Below, in pieces: positions 18,706-28,022 of a stretch of DNA of 57,537 bases. The notes under the pieces were generated by a model, which had not been told where the DNA came from, did no database searches, and saw only the letters and a list, made by a program, of their open reading frames with translations. A program made the translations under genes and the position numbers. This DNA is from an uncultured Verrucomicrobiota bacterium (lineage in GTDB: Bacteria; Verrucomicrobiota; Kiritimatiellia; JAAZAB01). Every line of letters begins with the position of its first letter. The stretch's first letter is position 1. The stretch spans positions 1 through 57,537 of the forward strand of contig CAZBHO010000012.1 of NCBI GenBank assembly GCA_964491945.1, written 5' to 3'.

Positions 18706-20129
18706 CGAAAGCAAAAAAAGATTCTTTTGTGCTTGCCATAGATTGCGGTTCAACAAACTTTAAAACTATTTTGCTTGATCAAAAAGGAGAGGTGCTAGCA
18801 CGGAAATCTGCACCAGTTGAATATGAGAAAAGCGTAACGAGCCTATTTGATATTTCTCCAACCATCGCCTCCAGAACAATAAAAGTCATCATCAAAGCAA
18901 TGATAAGATCAATGAAAATTCAGCCATACTCTATTACACACATTGCGCTGACAAGTCAGGCGCAAACATTTTTGATAGTCAATTCAAAATATGAGCCGCT
19001 AACTCCCCTTATTAGCTGGATAGATGCAAGAGCTGTTGAAGAAGCCGATTTTCTAAATAAAAAATTTGCTGATAAACTTGCTCATCATTCAACCTTTCCA
19101 AATATCTCTCCGCAAATGACAGCGGCAAAATTGCTCTGGGCAAAGAAGAATTATTCTGCTCTCAAAGAAAGTGATAATTGGCGACTTATGTTTTTGCCAG
19201 AGTGGATAATGTTTTCTCTAACAGGTCAGCATATCACAGATAACAATCTTGCGGCGATGTCTGGATTATATTCGCTAAAAAAAGAAGATTGGAATGAAGA
19301 TATTATGCAGGAAATTGGCATCGCAAGGAAGCATTTGCCGCAGGTTCTAAAAGTTGGTGAAAAAAAAGAAGTAGAATTAAAAGAAGGCTTTGGCAGGAGC
19401 TGGTTTCCAAAGAAATTATTTTTAATTGGAGCTGGCAATGACCAAACTGCAGGAGCTTTTGGCAATGCAGTTAGAGAAGATGAGTTGCTTATAACACTTG
19501 GTACGGCTCTAGTGATATATAGATTGCAAAACAAAAAGGGACCTTACGAAAGGAAAACAGCATGGGGCCCTTTCCCTTATGGCAAATTTTATGAGCTAGC
19601 AGCATTAACGGAAGGGTGTCTGGCGCTTGATTGGGCAATTAACAAGTTATCAAGAGGGACGTCAATCCAGAAATTTGAGGAACTTGCGAAGGAGTTTTTT
19701 GAGAAAAACAAAAAGAAGTTGTCAGATAAGTTGTTCTTTTATCCACAAAGAATAGAGAGTGGCGCTCCATGGCTAAATGCAAATCATCAGATAAATGCAC
19801 TTGCTTATAGTGTTTTTGAAGGCATAGCATTTGCAGCTAGAAAACTTATTGAAGAAAATTTTAAAGAGAAGAAACTAGATAAGGTGTGTGTCACAGGTGG
19901 TGGCAGCGCAAGTGATTTTTGGTTATCGCTGATAGCCAATAGCCTAAAATGCAAAGTGCGGCGCGGTAAAGGCGATGCTGTATTCGGCGCTGGCATAATG
20001 GCTGTAAGAGACAACATCTCCGAAGGCAATGGCAAAAGCAAGGAAGATAAGGTATATCTTTTTAATAGTGAGCCAGAAGATATAAAAATCATGGAAAAAC
20101 GATATACGCTTTGGATGAAACGTGAATGA
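18702..20129 (+). CDS. FGGY-family carbohydrate kinase (xylulokinase/glycerol kinase-like)
   Basis: LAIDCGSTNFK N-terminal phosphate motif and a VTGGGSASDFW C-terminal motif. The GTG start overlaps the top6A stop (GTGA). Confidence 0.75.
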   Translation: MTKAKKDSFVLAIDCGSTNFKTILLDQKGEVLARKSAPVEYEKSVTSLFDISPTIASRTIKVIIKAMIRSMKIQPYSITHIALTSQAQTFLIVNSKYEPLTPLISWIDARAVEEADFLNKKFADKLAHHSTFPNISPQMTAAKLLWAKKNYSALKESDNWRLMFLPEWIMFSLTGQHITDNNLAAMSGLYSLKKEDWNEDIMQEIGIARKHLPQVLKVGEKKEVELKEGFGRSWFPKKLFLIGAGNDQTAGAFGNAVREDELLITLGTALVIYRLQNKKGPYERKTAWGPFPYGKFYELAALTEGCLALDWAINKLSRGTSIQKFEELAKEFFEKNKKKLSDKLFFYPQRIESGAPWLNANHQINALAYSVFEGIAFAARKLIEENFKEKKLDKVCVTGGGSASDFWLSLIANSLKCKVRRGKGDAVFGAGIMAVRDNISEGNGKSKEDKVYLFNSEPEDIKIMEKRYTLWMKRE

Positions 20130-21499
20130 TTATTCTCTTTTCATTTGTAATTATCTCAGCCACAATTCTTTTCGCAGAGGAACAGCCAAAGGAAAATATC
20201 TTTTTTGCTGACTTGGTTGCATCTTTTCCTATTGAAATAAATTTTTCAACAAGCGCTGGAAGTATAATTGCAGCACAACTTGATGAAAATGATTCAGCAA
20301 TGGAGCTTATCCTGACAGATAAGAGCTCTGTGGCAGCTTATAAGCTGAATGGCACACTTTTATGGAAAAAACATGTTGAGCTTTGTGTTAGTGGACAATC
20401 TGAAAAAGAGGGGTTGCCCGGACACCACGCTCCCGGCATGCAGATTGCTGACATTAATGATGATAGCAAAGAAGAGGTACTTTTTTTAAGCAAAAATAAT
20501 TTGCTACACATTCTCAATGGCACAACTGGGGAAGAGCTCTATAAAATAGCCCTGCCTTCACCGCCATCTGATGCAGAAAAATGGGAGCATCTTGTGGTGT
20601 GTAATTTTAGAGGTAAAGGAGATAAAGATCTGCTGCTTCAAGCAACAAATGCAAAAGGATATAGAACAGGCAAATACCTTGCCGCTTATGCGATAGATGA
20701 TCTGATAAAAGGCTCGCAACAAGCCTTATGGGAATTGGATAATTTTTTGCCAGCAGCGCATTCTGGCGCAAGAGTGGCAGATCTTGATGAAGATGGCAAA
20801 GACGAGATACTGGGCGGAACCATTGTTGCCAGCAATGGAAAAATACTTTTTGAGCTGAATCTTGTAGGACACATTGATGGGGTTTATGTTGATGATATAA
20901 GACCCGACTTGAAGGGGCTGGAAGTCGTAATTTTGGAAGAAGGCAAAAATCGTGTTTTCCTGGTTGGCAGCACTGGAATAATATGGGAGGCTCACAATAA
21001 AAATCAAGAACCCCATACCGCAATTATTGGCAGATTTATAAACGGGACAAAAGCAATGCAGATATGGTGCCGCAGCCGCTATGACGAGCATCAAAAGCCT
21101 TTCCTTTTTGATGAATACGGAAATTTTATAACACAATACAACGTAGATGACGTTGCTTTAAAAGGATGGACTGTTAAAGGACTTGAAGTAATTACTGCCA
21201 TCAATTGGGATGGCACAGAAAAAATGTATGCTTGTGCAAAAGAAAGACACAAGGCTGGAGATATCTGCATTTTTGATCCGATAACGGGAAAATTTTTGCT
21301 TGTTATTAAAGCTAATGCAGAACGTCTTTATATTGCAGATGTGCTTGGCGACTGGCGCGAAGAAATTATCGTTTGTGGCTTAAAAAAGCTAGAAATATAT
21401 GCTAACTCTTTGCTAAATTCCAATCCAAACAAGGAACGTCTTTGGAAGAAACGCCATTATCGTCAGAGTAAAACTGTATGGAACTATTATGCTCCATAA
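20126..21499 (+). CDS. Secreted FG-GAP / PL11-like beta-propeller protein
   Basis: N-terminal signal-like helix MIILFSFVIISATILFA. Repeated Ca-binding-like blades IADINDDSKEEVLF, VADLDEDGKDEILGG and ADVLGDWREEIIV. The ATGA overlaps the upstream gene. Confidence 0.6.
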   Translation: MIILFSFVIISATILFAEEQPKENIFFADLVASFPIEINFSTSAGSIIAAQLDENDSAMELILTDKSSVAAYKLNGTLLWKKHVELCVSGQSEKEGLPGHHAPGMQIADINDDSKEEVLFLSKNNLLHILNGTTGEELYKIALPSPPSDAEKWEHLVVCNFRGKGDKDLLLQATNAKGYRTGKYLAAYAIDDLIKGSQQALWELDNFLPAAHSGARVADLDEDGKDEILGGTIVASNGKILFELNLVGHIDGVYVDDIRPDLKGLEVVILEEGKNRVFLVGSTGIIWEAHNKNQEPHTAIIGRFINGTKAMQIWCRSRYDEHQKPFLFDEYGNFITQYNVDDVALKGWTVKGLEVITAINWDGTEKMYACAKERHKAGDICIFDPITGKFLLVIKANAERLYIADVLGDWREEIIVCGLKKLEIYANSLLNSNPNKERLWKKRHYRQSKTVWNYYAP

Positions 21500-21515
21500 A
21501 ACATTACAATAAGCA

Positions 21516-23744
21516 ATGAAAGTCTTTTGGATGATTAACAGAAAAATCATTGTTGTAATAGTCATTATAGCTTCTTGCTTTCTAAATAAAAAAGCAGAAT
21601 GTTTAACAAATAGTTTTGCAGCAACTCCATATAGCGGCAGTGAGTTGCCAATTGCTTTAATGGCTAATTACAATGATAGCATGTTCTTTTATCTGCCAAA
21701 ATACGTTCATCCTTTTTCCTTAAAACTTTTCCCAGCATTCTCCACTAATTTTGCCAGTGAGCTTTTTCATCTATTGAGTTTTACAAATTATATACAACCT
21801 ACACAAAGAGATGTCATCTTCTCTTGTTTAGTGCCAAATTTTTCCACACCCGGCGGTAGAAGCTCTTGCAGAGTTTTCTATCCACCTGATAGCTCCATTT
21901 TTGGACTAGGCGCAGTTGGCAACACGTTAAGACGAAACGGCAAATCATTTTTCCTCTGGAATGCGGATGCTTTTGGTTTTGAAAAGGATGTTGCTTATGG
22001 AGAAAATGAAGGCAGTGGTTCTGGCAAACGAACATATCAAGCACATCCATGGCTACTTGGGGTGAAAACTAATGGCGAAAGCTTTGGCATGTTTTTTGCC
22101 ACATCGTGGCGAGCTGAAATCAATATTACCTCTAATTTTGTTGATTTTACATCCGACGGACCGCCATTCCCTGTAATAGTTATTAAAGGAACCACTCCTG
22201 CTGCGGTATTGCAAAATTTTGCAAAGCTGATTGGAAAAATGCCTATTCCACCTCTATGGTCGCTTGGTTTACATCAATCGCGTTGGAGTTATGCCTCACA
22301 AGAAGAAATTTTATCGCTGGCAAAGGAATTTGCCAACCGCAGAATCCCTTGCAGCGCAATATGGTGTGATATTGATTATATGGATGAATTCCGCATATTT
22401 ACTTTTAACAGGACCAATTTTCCTGATCCTAAAAAACTGATTGCCAATCTTGCAGATTATGGCATCAAAACTGTATGGATAGTTGATCCTGCAGTTAAAG
22501 TTGATAATAACTATGAAGTTTATGCTTCAGGAACCAAAGCTGATGTGTGGATAAAAACATCTATGCAGCAGACATTGTTAGGCAAAAGCTGGGCTGGCGA
22601 ATGTGTTTGGCCAAACTATATTGCAAAGAAAACGCAAGAATGGTGGAAACAGGAAATTAAAAAGTTTCTTGCCACTATTGAAGGCGCTGGAGGATTATGG
22701 CTTGATATGAATGAGCCAGCTGTTTTTGATTCACCGGATGGCACTATGCCTTGCAATGCCTTGCACATAAATGATAAAGAAATCAAATCTCACACCGAAT
22801 GTCATAACGTTTATGCTTATTATATGGCTCAAGCCACTTTTGAAGCAATGCTGGAAAAAAATCCTCAGAAACGTCCGTTCCTGCTTACCAGATCAGGCTT
22901 TTCTGGTGTCCACAAATACGCAGCAACCTGGACAGGCGATAACCTGCAATCATTTCAACATCTTAAGCTTTCCATCGCTATGTGTTTGAATGCAGGGCTT
23001 TCCTTACAGCCTTTTATTGGCGCTGATGTTGGAGGCTTTGCTTATTCAGATGACACTAATTCACTGGCACTCTGGATGAGCATAGGAGCTTTTTATCCAT
23101 TTTATCGTATTCATACAATCAAAGGAGATGTGCGCAGAGAACCATGGTCTATGGGCAAAGATATTGAAGAAATCTCTATAAGCGCTATAAAAACAAGATA
23201 TCGCTTGATGCCATATCTATATACGCAATTCTATCAGCACACACAAAATGCCTTGCCAGTGATGCGTCCTTTCTTTTTTATTGCTCCAGAAGATGCCGCC
23301 ATGCACAAAGTGGAAGATGCTTTTTTGCTAGGTGAAGATATTCTTATTGTGCTGCCATGGGCAAACAAAGATGATATCATCAGGTTGGCATCAAAGAAAC
23401 AAAAGTGGTACAAGTTTGAATTAGATAAAAATGGAGGTAGAGGCAATATTTTTCCTGAAATGTTTTTGCGTGGAGGCGCTATTTTGCCTGTTTTAAAAGA
23501 AGCGCCCGTTAGCGCTTTAGAATTGGCAATGCCATTTAAAGATATTGTGCTACTTATTGCTCCAGATGAGCAAGGAAGAGCCTGTGGCATACTATATGAA
23601 GATAAAGGTGATAGTTTTGATTATCTTAATGGACATTATGCCTTGACCGAATTTACTTTTGAAAATGGCAAGATTAAGTCAAAACAAAATAGTGGAAAAC
23701 TTTCTGTGCTTCGTAATACACCAGCCGCAACTATACTTAGGTGA
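21516..23744 (+). CDS. Glycoside hydrolase family 31 (alpha-glucosidase/alpha-xylosidase type), membrane-anchored or secreted
   Basis: GLWLDMNEP nucleophile motif, TRSGFSGVHKYAATWTGDN and GADVGGF. There is an N-terminal hydrophobic segment. Confidence 0.85.
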   Translation: MKVFWMINRKIIVVIVIIASCFLNKKAECLTNSFAATPYSGSELPIALMANYNDSMFFYLPKYVHPFSLKLFPAFSTNFASELFHLLSFTNYIQPTQRDVIFSCLVPNFSTPGGRSSCRVFYPPDSSIFGLGAVGNTLRRNGKSFFLWNADAFGFEKDVAYGENEGSGSGKRTYQAHPWLLGVKTNGESFGMFFATSWRAEINITSNFVDFTSDGPPFPVIVIKGTTPAAVLQNFAKLIGKMPIPPLWSLGLHQSRWSYASQEEILSLAKEFANRRIPCSAIWCDIDYMDEFRIFTFNRTNFPDPKKLIANLADYGIKTVWIVDPAVKVDNNYEVYASGTKADVWIKTSMQQTLLGKSWAGECVWPNYIAKKTQEWWKQEIKKFLATIEGAGGLWLDMNEPAVFDSPDGTMPCNALHINDKEIKSHTECHNVYAYYMAQATFEAMLEKNPQKRPFLLTRSGFSGVHKYAATWTGDNLQSFQHLKLSIAMCLNAGLSLQPFIGADVGGFAYSDDTNSLALWMSIGAFYPFYRIHTIKGDVRREPWSMGKDIEEISISAIKTRYRLMPYLYTQFYQHTQNALPVMRPFFFIAPEDAAMHKVEDAFLLGEDILIVLPWANKDDIIRLASKKQKWYKFELDKNGGRGNIFPEMFLRGGAILPVLKEAPVSALELAMPFKDIVLLIAPDEQGRACGILYEDKGDSFDYLNGHYALTEFTFENGKIKSKQNSGKLSVLRNTPAATILR

Positions 23745-23814
23745 GCCGTAAACCAACACATTTTAAATATAACTGAGTTGCTGGATTCTCTTTACAACAA
23801 GCAGAGAAAAAAAC

Positions 23815-24365
23815 TTTGACCACAGAATTTAGGAAGGGCTTGAGAGAAACAATATGTGGATGGGAAAGCAGGTTGCGTTGCTAAGCGGGAATTTATAGTC
23901 ATTGGATGGGATGCTGTGGTAAAAAATCTGTTACCCATAAAGGTAGTAAAAAAACTTTAAGAAAAATAGAATAGATATTTTTTTGTCCTTAATAATTTCT
24001 GATAAATCTTGAAATGGTTTTTAATCATAGATGGCACTTAAGAGAACACAGTGATAAGAAAAAATTAAAAAGCTAATTTTAGTTATGCCTTCTCTTAAGT
24101 CCTTTCTCTGTGCACTCTGTCTCCTATGTGGTGAATTCTTTAGTCTTCTGACTTCTTTAGTTTTTTTAATTTAATCTGGCTTACGATTTTTTAACCACAG
24201 AGAACTTGAGAGATCATAGAGAAGAAAAAAAATTAGAAAGCCAATTGGCTATCGCAACGCTTTCTGGTTATGCCCTGTCTTAAATCCTTCCTCTGTGGTT
24301 TTCTCTGTGAAGCTTTCATGTGCTCTGTGGTGAAGTTTTCATCCTCTGTTTCATAAATTCACCAC
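23815..24365. repeat. Locus 1 of a dispersed structured repeat family (CCACAGAGA / TCTCTGTGG core), with about 2.5 tandem units
   Basis: The 22-mer ACGATTTTTTAACCACAGAGAA lies at 24183-24204. A 37-nt stretch at 24180-24216 is identical to the reverse complement of 41413-41449. Left arms (CCACAGAGAACTTGAGAGATCATAGAGAAG) face right arms (CTTCTCTTAAGTCCTTTCTCTGTG), which gives long imperfect hairpins. Confidence 0.8.
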
Positions 24366-24448
24366 CGCAACGGCATCGCTTTTAAAATGGGATAAGGAGA
24401 GCAGATAGGACTAATGATTTGACTGATAGAATATGACGCAAAAATAGG

Positions 24449-24673
24449 TTAATTACGACTTGTTAACTTCTTTTTCAGGATGCCGCATATGAGCGCCATA
24501 TTAAGACTATTGAGTTTGATATGGTCTTTAATGTGCTTTTCACATTCACGAGCCCATCTGGTTGCAAGCGGCAAATTGCCTGTGGCAGCGTAAACTTTTG
24601 CAAGAGCATAGCTGGCTTCACCCATACCCTCAACATCATTTGCAGCCAGCGCTTCTGCATATTGCTTTTGCAT
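24449..24673 (-). CDS. Small hypothetical helical (TPR-like) protein downstream of the sigma-54 activator
   Basis: A 74-codon ORF from the ATG at 24673. It has an Ala/Leu-rich helical-repeat-like sequence and no clear RBS. Confidence 0.3.
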   Translation of the reverse strand: MQKQYAEALAANDVEGMGEASYALAKVYAATGNLPLATRWARECEKHIKDHIKLNSLNMALICGILKKKLTSRN

Positions 24674-24821
24674 AACAATTATAAATTTTCTTATCTCACA
24701 ATAAATACGCATAGCCGCCCCGAATATCGGTTAAAAAACATTACATATTTATTTTCGGCAGGGCAGCACATTTTTTTAAATAGAAAAATTTTTTTGTTAT
24801 TATGCTGGCAAAAAGTACCTC

Positions 24822-26360
24822 TCATTTGTAATGTGCCGGTTCTATTTTCAATCTTTTTATTGCGTAAGAAATTATGCGCTTGGTTGATTTTAAATGTTTT
24901 GCTGCCCGTGAAACATTACCGCGAAATTTTTTGAGAGCTTCAACAATAATTTCTCTTTCATAAGCCTCCACCATAGTCTTAAAACTTGCCCCATCATCGG
25001 GGAGAATAGCTGTGTGAGTTGCATCAGAAGTTTGTAATGATGGCGGCAGGTCATAACCGTGAATAACATCATCGGTTGTAGAGAGTACAGCCCGTTCAAT
25101 GCAATTTTCAAGTTCACGGACATTCCCCGGCCAGTGATATTGCATCATCATATTTATGGCAGGTGTGGATATGCGTTTGACTCTCTTGTTGTGAGCAGCG
25201 TTATATTTCTGCAGAAAATGATCTGCTAGCAAAATAATATCGCTTTTGCGCTCACGTAGTGGTGGCAAATGAATAGGGAAAACATTCAATCTGTAATAAA
25301 GGTCTTCTCTAAAATGTCCTTCTTTCATAGCTTTTTCAAGGTCACGGCTTGTTGCTGCGATAATGCGCACATCAACTTTTATTGCCTTATCGCCTCCAAC
25401 TCTTTCAAATTCCCGTTCCTGTAAAACGCGCAAGAGCTTAACTTGCACAGGAATAGAGATATCGCCAATCTCATCAAGGAAAATTGTGCCGCCATCTGCA
25501 AGCTCAAACCTGCCACGTCTTTGTTGCAAAGCACCAGTGAAAGAACCTTTTTCGTGTCCAAAGAGCTCGCTTTCTATCAAATTTTCAGGAAGAGCCGCAC
25601 AGTTGACACATATAAAATGTCCATTTTTTCGTTGGCTTGCATAATGAATTGCTCTAGCCACCAACTCTTTTCCAGTGCCAGTTTCACCACGTATTAAAAC
25701 AGTGGCATTGCTGGAGGCAACCTGACCTATTTGGCTGAAAACTTCTTTCATAGCACCGCAGTTGCCAATTATGTTGTTTGGGCGATATTTTTCACCAAGC
25801 TCCTGTTTGAGTCTTAAATTTTCAGCAAGTAGTTGTGAGCGTTCTTTCATTTGATCACGAATGCTTGCCACTGCCTCCGCAAGAATGCCAGCAACCAATT
25901 GCAAGAACTTTAGGTCACGTTGAAGAGATTTTTCGTTAGCAGGTGGTCTATCAATGCTGATAGTGCCAATAACGTTCCTTCTATACACAATCGGAACACA
26001 TATGAATGCAACCTTGCTATTCTTGCGTGAACCAGTTAAATTCAAAAAGCCGGGCTCTTGACTGATATCAGGCACAATTATTGGTTTGCCGCTTCTAGCC
26101 ACCTTGCCTGTTATGCCTTCGCCAAGTTTATATTCACCACGTTTCTGCTGTTCCGGAGTTAGTCCGCGCGAAGCTTCTATAACAAATATGTCTGTACCGG
26201 GTCTTCTTAAAGTAAGAGTGCCACGTGACATTCCCATTTCCATTTCCATTATATCAAAGACTTCCTTTAATAGGTCAGACACATTCGTTCTATGCGCCAC
26301 AGCGTGGCTTATTCTGGACAAAATTTCTAACTCTTTTTCTATAGTGATACTGGTATCCAT
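24822..26360 (-). CDS. Sigma-54-dependent transcriptional activator (GAF sensor, AAA+ domain, Fis-type HTH; NifA-like architecture)
   Basis: [15 protein letters not shown] Walker [16 protein letters not shown] (a GAFTGA-loop variant, GSFTGA), RIIAAT, and a C-terminal [20 protein letters not shown]. The N-terminal 170 aa look GAF-like. Confidence 0.85.
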   Translation of the reverse strand: MDTSITIEKELEILSRISHAVAHRTNVSDLLKEVFDIMEMEMGMSRGTLTLRRPGTDIFVIEASRGLTPEQQKRGEYKLGEGITGKVARSGKPIIVPDISQEPGFLNLTGSRKNSKVAFICVPIVYRRNVIGTISIDRPPANEKSLQRDLKFLQLVAGILAEAVASIRDQMKERSQLLAENLRLKQELGEKYRPNNIIGNCGAMKEVFSQIGQVASSNATVLIRGETGTGKELVARAIHYASQRKNGHFICVNCAALPENLIESELFGHEKGSFTGALQQRRGRFELADGGTIFLDEIGDISIPVQVKLLRVLQEREFERVGGDKAIKVDVRIIAATSRDLEKAMKEGHFREDLYYRLNVFPIHLPPLRERKSDIILLADHFLQKYNAAHNKRVKRISTPAINMMMQYHWPGNVRELENCIERAVLSTTDDVIHGYDLPPSLQTSDATHTAILPDDGASFKTMVEAYEREIIVEALKKFRGNVSRAAKHLKSTKRIISYAIKRLKIEPAHYK

Positions 26361-26528
26361 TTTTTTACAAAAAGTACAAATTTGTTCTTATTTATAGCAG
26401 GCAAGGACAAAAATGCAACAAATAAAAGAGATGAATGGGACAGATAAAGAAGTGGATTGGTGTTGAAAAAATATTTTTTATTTGAATATATTAGGTGAAT
26501 TAGATATTTTACAAAAAGTTTTTAAACA

Positions 26529-26544
26529 TGGCATACTTTTTGCA
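26529..26544 (+). promoter_or_regulatory. Sigma-54 (-24/-12) promoter of glnA-gltBD
   Basis: TGGCATACTTTTTGCA matches TGGCAC-N5-TTGCA with the exact GG-N10-GC spacing. It lies 51 nt upstream of the glnA ATG and is divergent from a sigma-54 activator gene. Confidence 0.75.
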
Positions 26545-26594
26545 TAATAAAGAAATAACAATTTTTTTATTTTTTAAATGGAAGGAGTATTGAA

Positions 26595-28019
26595 ATGACG
26601 TTATTAAAGACACCAGCAGAAGCAAAAAAAAAAATAAAAAGAGAGAATGTTGAGATAGTTGATTTTAGATTTATGGATTTCCCCGGCTTATGGCAGCATT
26701 TTTCTGTTCCTGCCAAAGAACTTTCTGTAGATACTTTTGAAAAAGGGCTTGGTTTTGATGGTTCCAGTATTCGCGGCTGGCAGGCTATAAATGAATCCGA
26801 TATGCTTATTAAGCCTGTGCTTGAGGCAGCATTTATAGATCCGTTCTTTAAAGCAAAGACTCTTGTAATGATTTGCAACATATGCGATCCAATAACGGGC
26901 GAAGATTACACAAAAGACCCTCGCAATATAGCGCGTAAAGCTGAAGCTTATTTAAAGAGCACAGGACTTGCCGACATTGCTTATTTTGGACCTGAGGCGG
27001 AATTTTTTATTTTTGATGATGTCCGTTTTGATCAAAATGCACGAGAAGGCTATTATCATTTAGATTCTATTGAGGGGCAATGGAATACTGGTAGAATAGA
27101 AAATCCCAATACAGGCTACAAAATACGTTTTAAAGAAGGCTATTTCCCTGTGCCACCTGCTGATAGTTTGCAGGATATTCGTAGCGAGATGGTGCTGACT
27201 TTAGAATCCATAGGCATCAGCGTTGAGGCGCATCATCACGAAGTTGCCACTGGCGGTCAGTGCGAAATTGATATGCGTTTTGGTAGTTTGGTGGAGATGG
27301 CTGACAAGGTGCTTAAGTATAAATATGTGGTAAAAAATGTTGCAAAGAAATACGGCAAAACTGTAACCTTCATGCCGAAGCCGCTCTTTGGAGATAATGG
27401 GAGCGGAATGCACGTTCATATTTCGTTCTGGAAAGATGGGAAAAATCTGTTTGCAGGTGAAAAATATGCAGGTCTTTCGCAGATGGCTCTTTATGCTATT
27501 GGCGGTATATTAAAGCACGCTCCAGCCCTTTTGGCATTTTGCAGTCCAACAACCAACAGTTACAAAAGACTTGTTCCTGGCTTTGAAGCGCCAGTTAATC
27601 TTGCTTATTCAAGCAGGAACAGGAGTGCTTCAATTAGAATTCCGATGTATTCTTCTTCGCCGAAAGCAAAAAGGATTGAATTTAGATGTCCAGATCCAAG
27701 CTGTAATCCATATCTTGCTTTCTCTTCAATTATGATGGCAGCTGTTGATGGCATAATAAACAAAATTGATCCGGGTGATCCTCTTGATAAAGATATCTAT
27801 GATTTGCCGCCTGAAGAGCTTGCAAAGGTGCCCCACACTCCATGTTCATTACGTGAAGCTCTTATGGCGCTTGAAAAAGATCACAACTTCTTGCTAAAAA
27901 ACGATGTTTTTACACCAGATGTTATTGAAACATGGATTTCCTACAAGATGGAAAAAGAGGTTAAGGCTCTTGATTTACGCCCGCATCCATGGGAGTTTGC
28001 ATTGTATTTTGACATATAG
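26595..28019 (+). CDS. glnA: Glutamine synthetase type I
   Basis: [32 protein letters not shown] and SIRIP motifs. [11 protein letters not shown] segment corresponds to the adenylylation-site Tyr region. A GGAG RBS lies upstream. Confidence 0.95.
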   Translation: MTLLKTPAEAKKKIKRENVEIVDFRFMDFPGLWQHFSVPAKELSVDTFEKGLGFDGSSIRGWQAINESDMLIKPVLEAAFIDPFFKAKTLVMICNICDPITGEDYTKDPRNIARKAEAYLKSTGLADIAYFGPEAEFFIFDDVRFDQNAREGYYHLDSIEGQWNTGRIENPNTGYKIRFKEGYFPVPPADSLQDIRSEMVLTLESIGISVEAHHHEVATGGQCEIDMRFGSLVEMADKVLKYKYVVKNVAKKYGKTVTFMPKPLFGDNGSGMHVHISFWKDGKNLFAGEKYAGLSQMALYAIGGILKHAPALLAFCSPTTNSYKRLVPGFEAPVNLAYSSRNRSASIRIPMYSSSPKAKRIEFRCPDPSCNPYLAFSSIMMAAVDGIINKIDPGDPLDKDIYDLPPEELAKVPHTPCSLREALMALEKDHNFLLKNDVFTPDVIETWISYKMEKEVKALDLRPHPWEFALYFDI

Positions 28020-28022
28020 AGT

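Noticed and set aside
19739-19747. Perfect DnaA box TTATCCACA (and a one-mismatch TTATTCACA at 45970-45978) as a possible oriC signal
   Set aside because: These are single isolated boxes. One lies inside the FGGY kinase CDS, and there is no cluster or AT-rich unwinding element, so this is not enough to call an origin.
20607-21136. Long antisense ORFs (136-138 aa) opposite the FG-GAP gene. Similar ones lie at 3587-3910, 19226-19534, 23234-23590, 28928-29338, 32790-33119, 52195-53647 and 54760-55893.
   Set aside because: All lie fully inside strongly supported genes on the other strand and have low-complexity or odd composition with no motifs. They are typical shadow ORFs.
26624-26634. A11 homopolymer in the first codons of glnA (EAKKKIKRE)
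   Set aside because: It encodes a plausible Lys-rich N-terminus in an essential housekeeping gene. Nothing suggests phase variation here, unlike the T14 tract in the glycan island.
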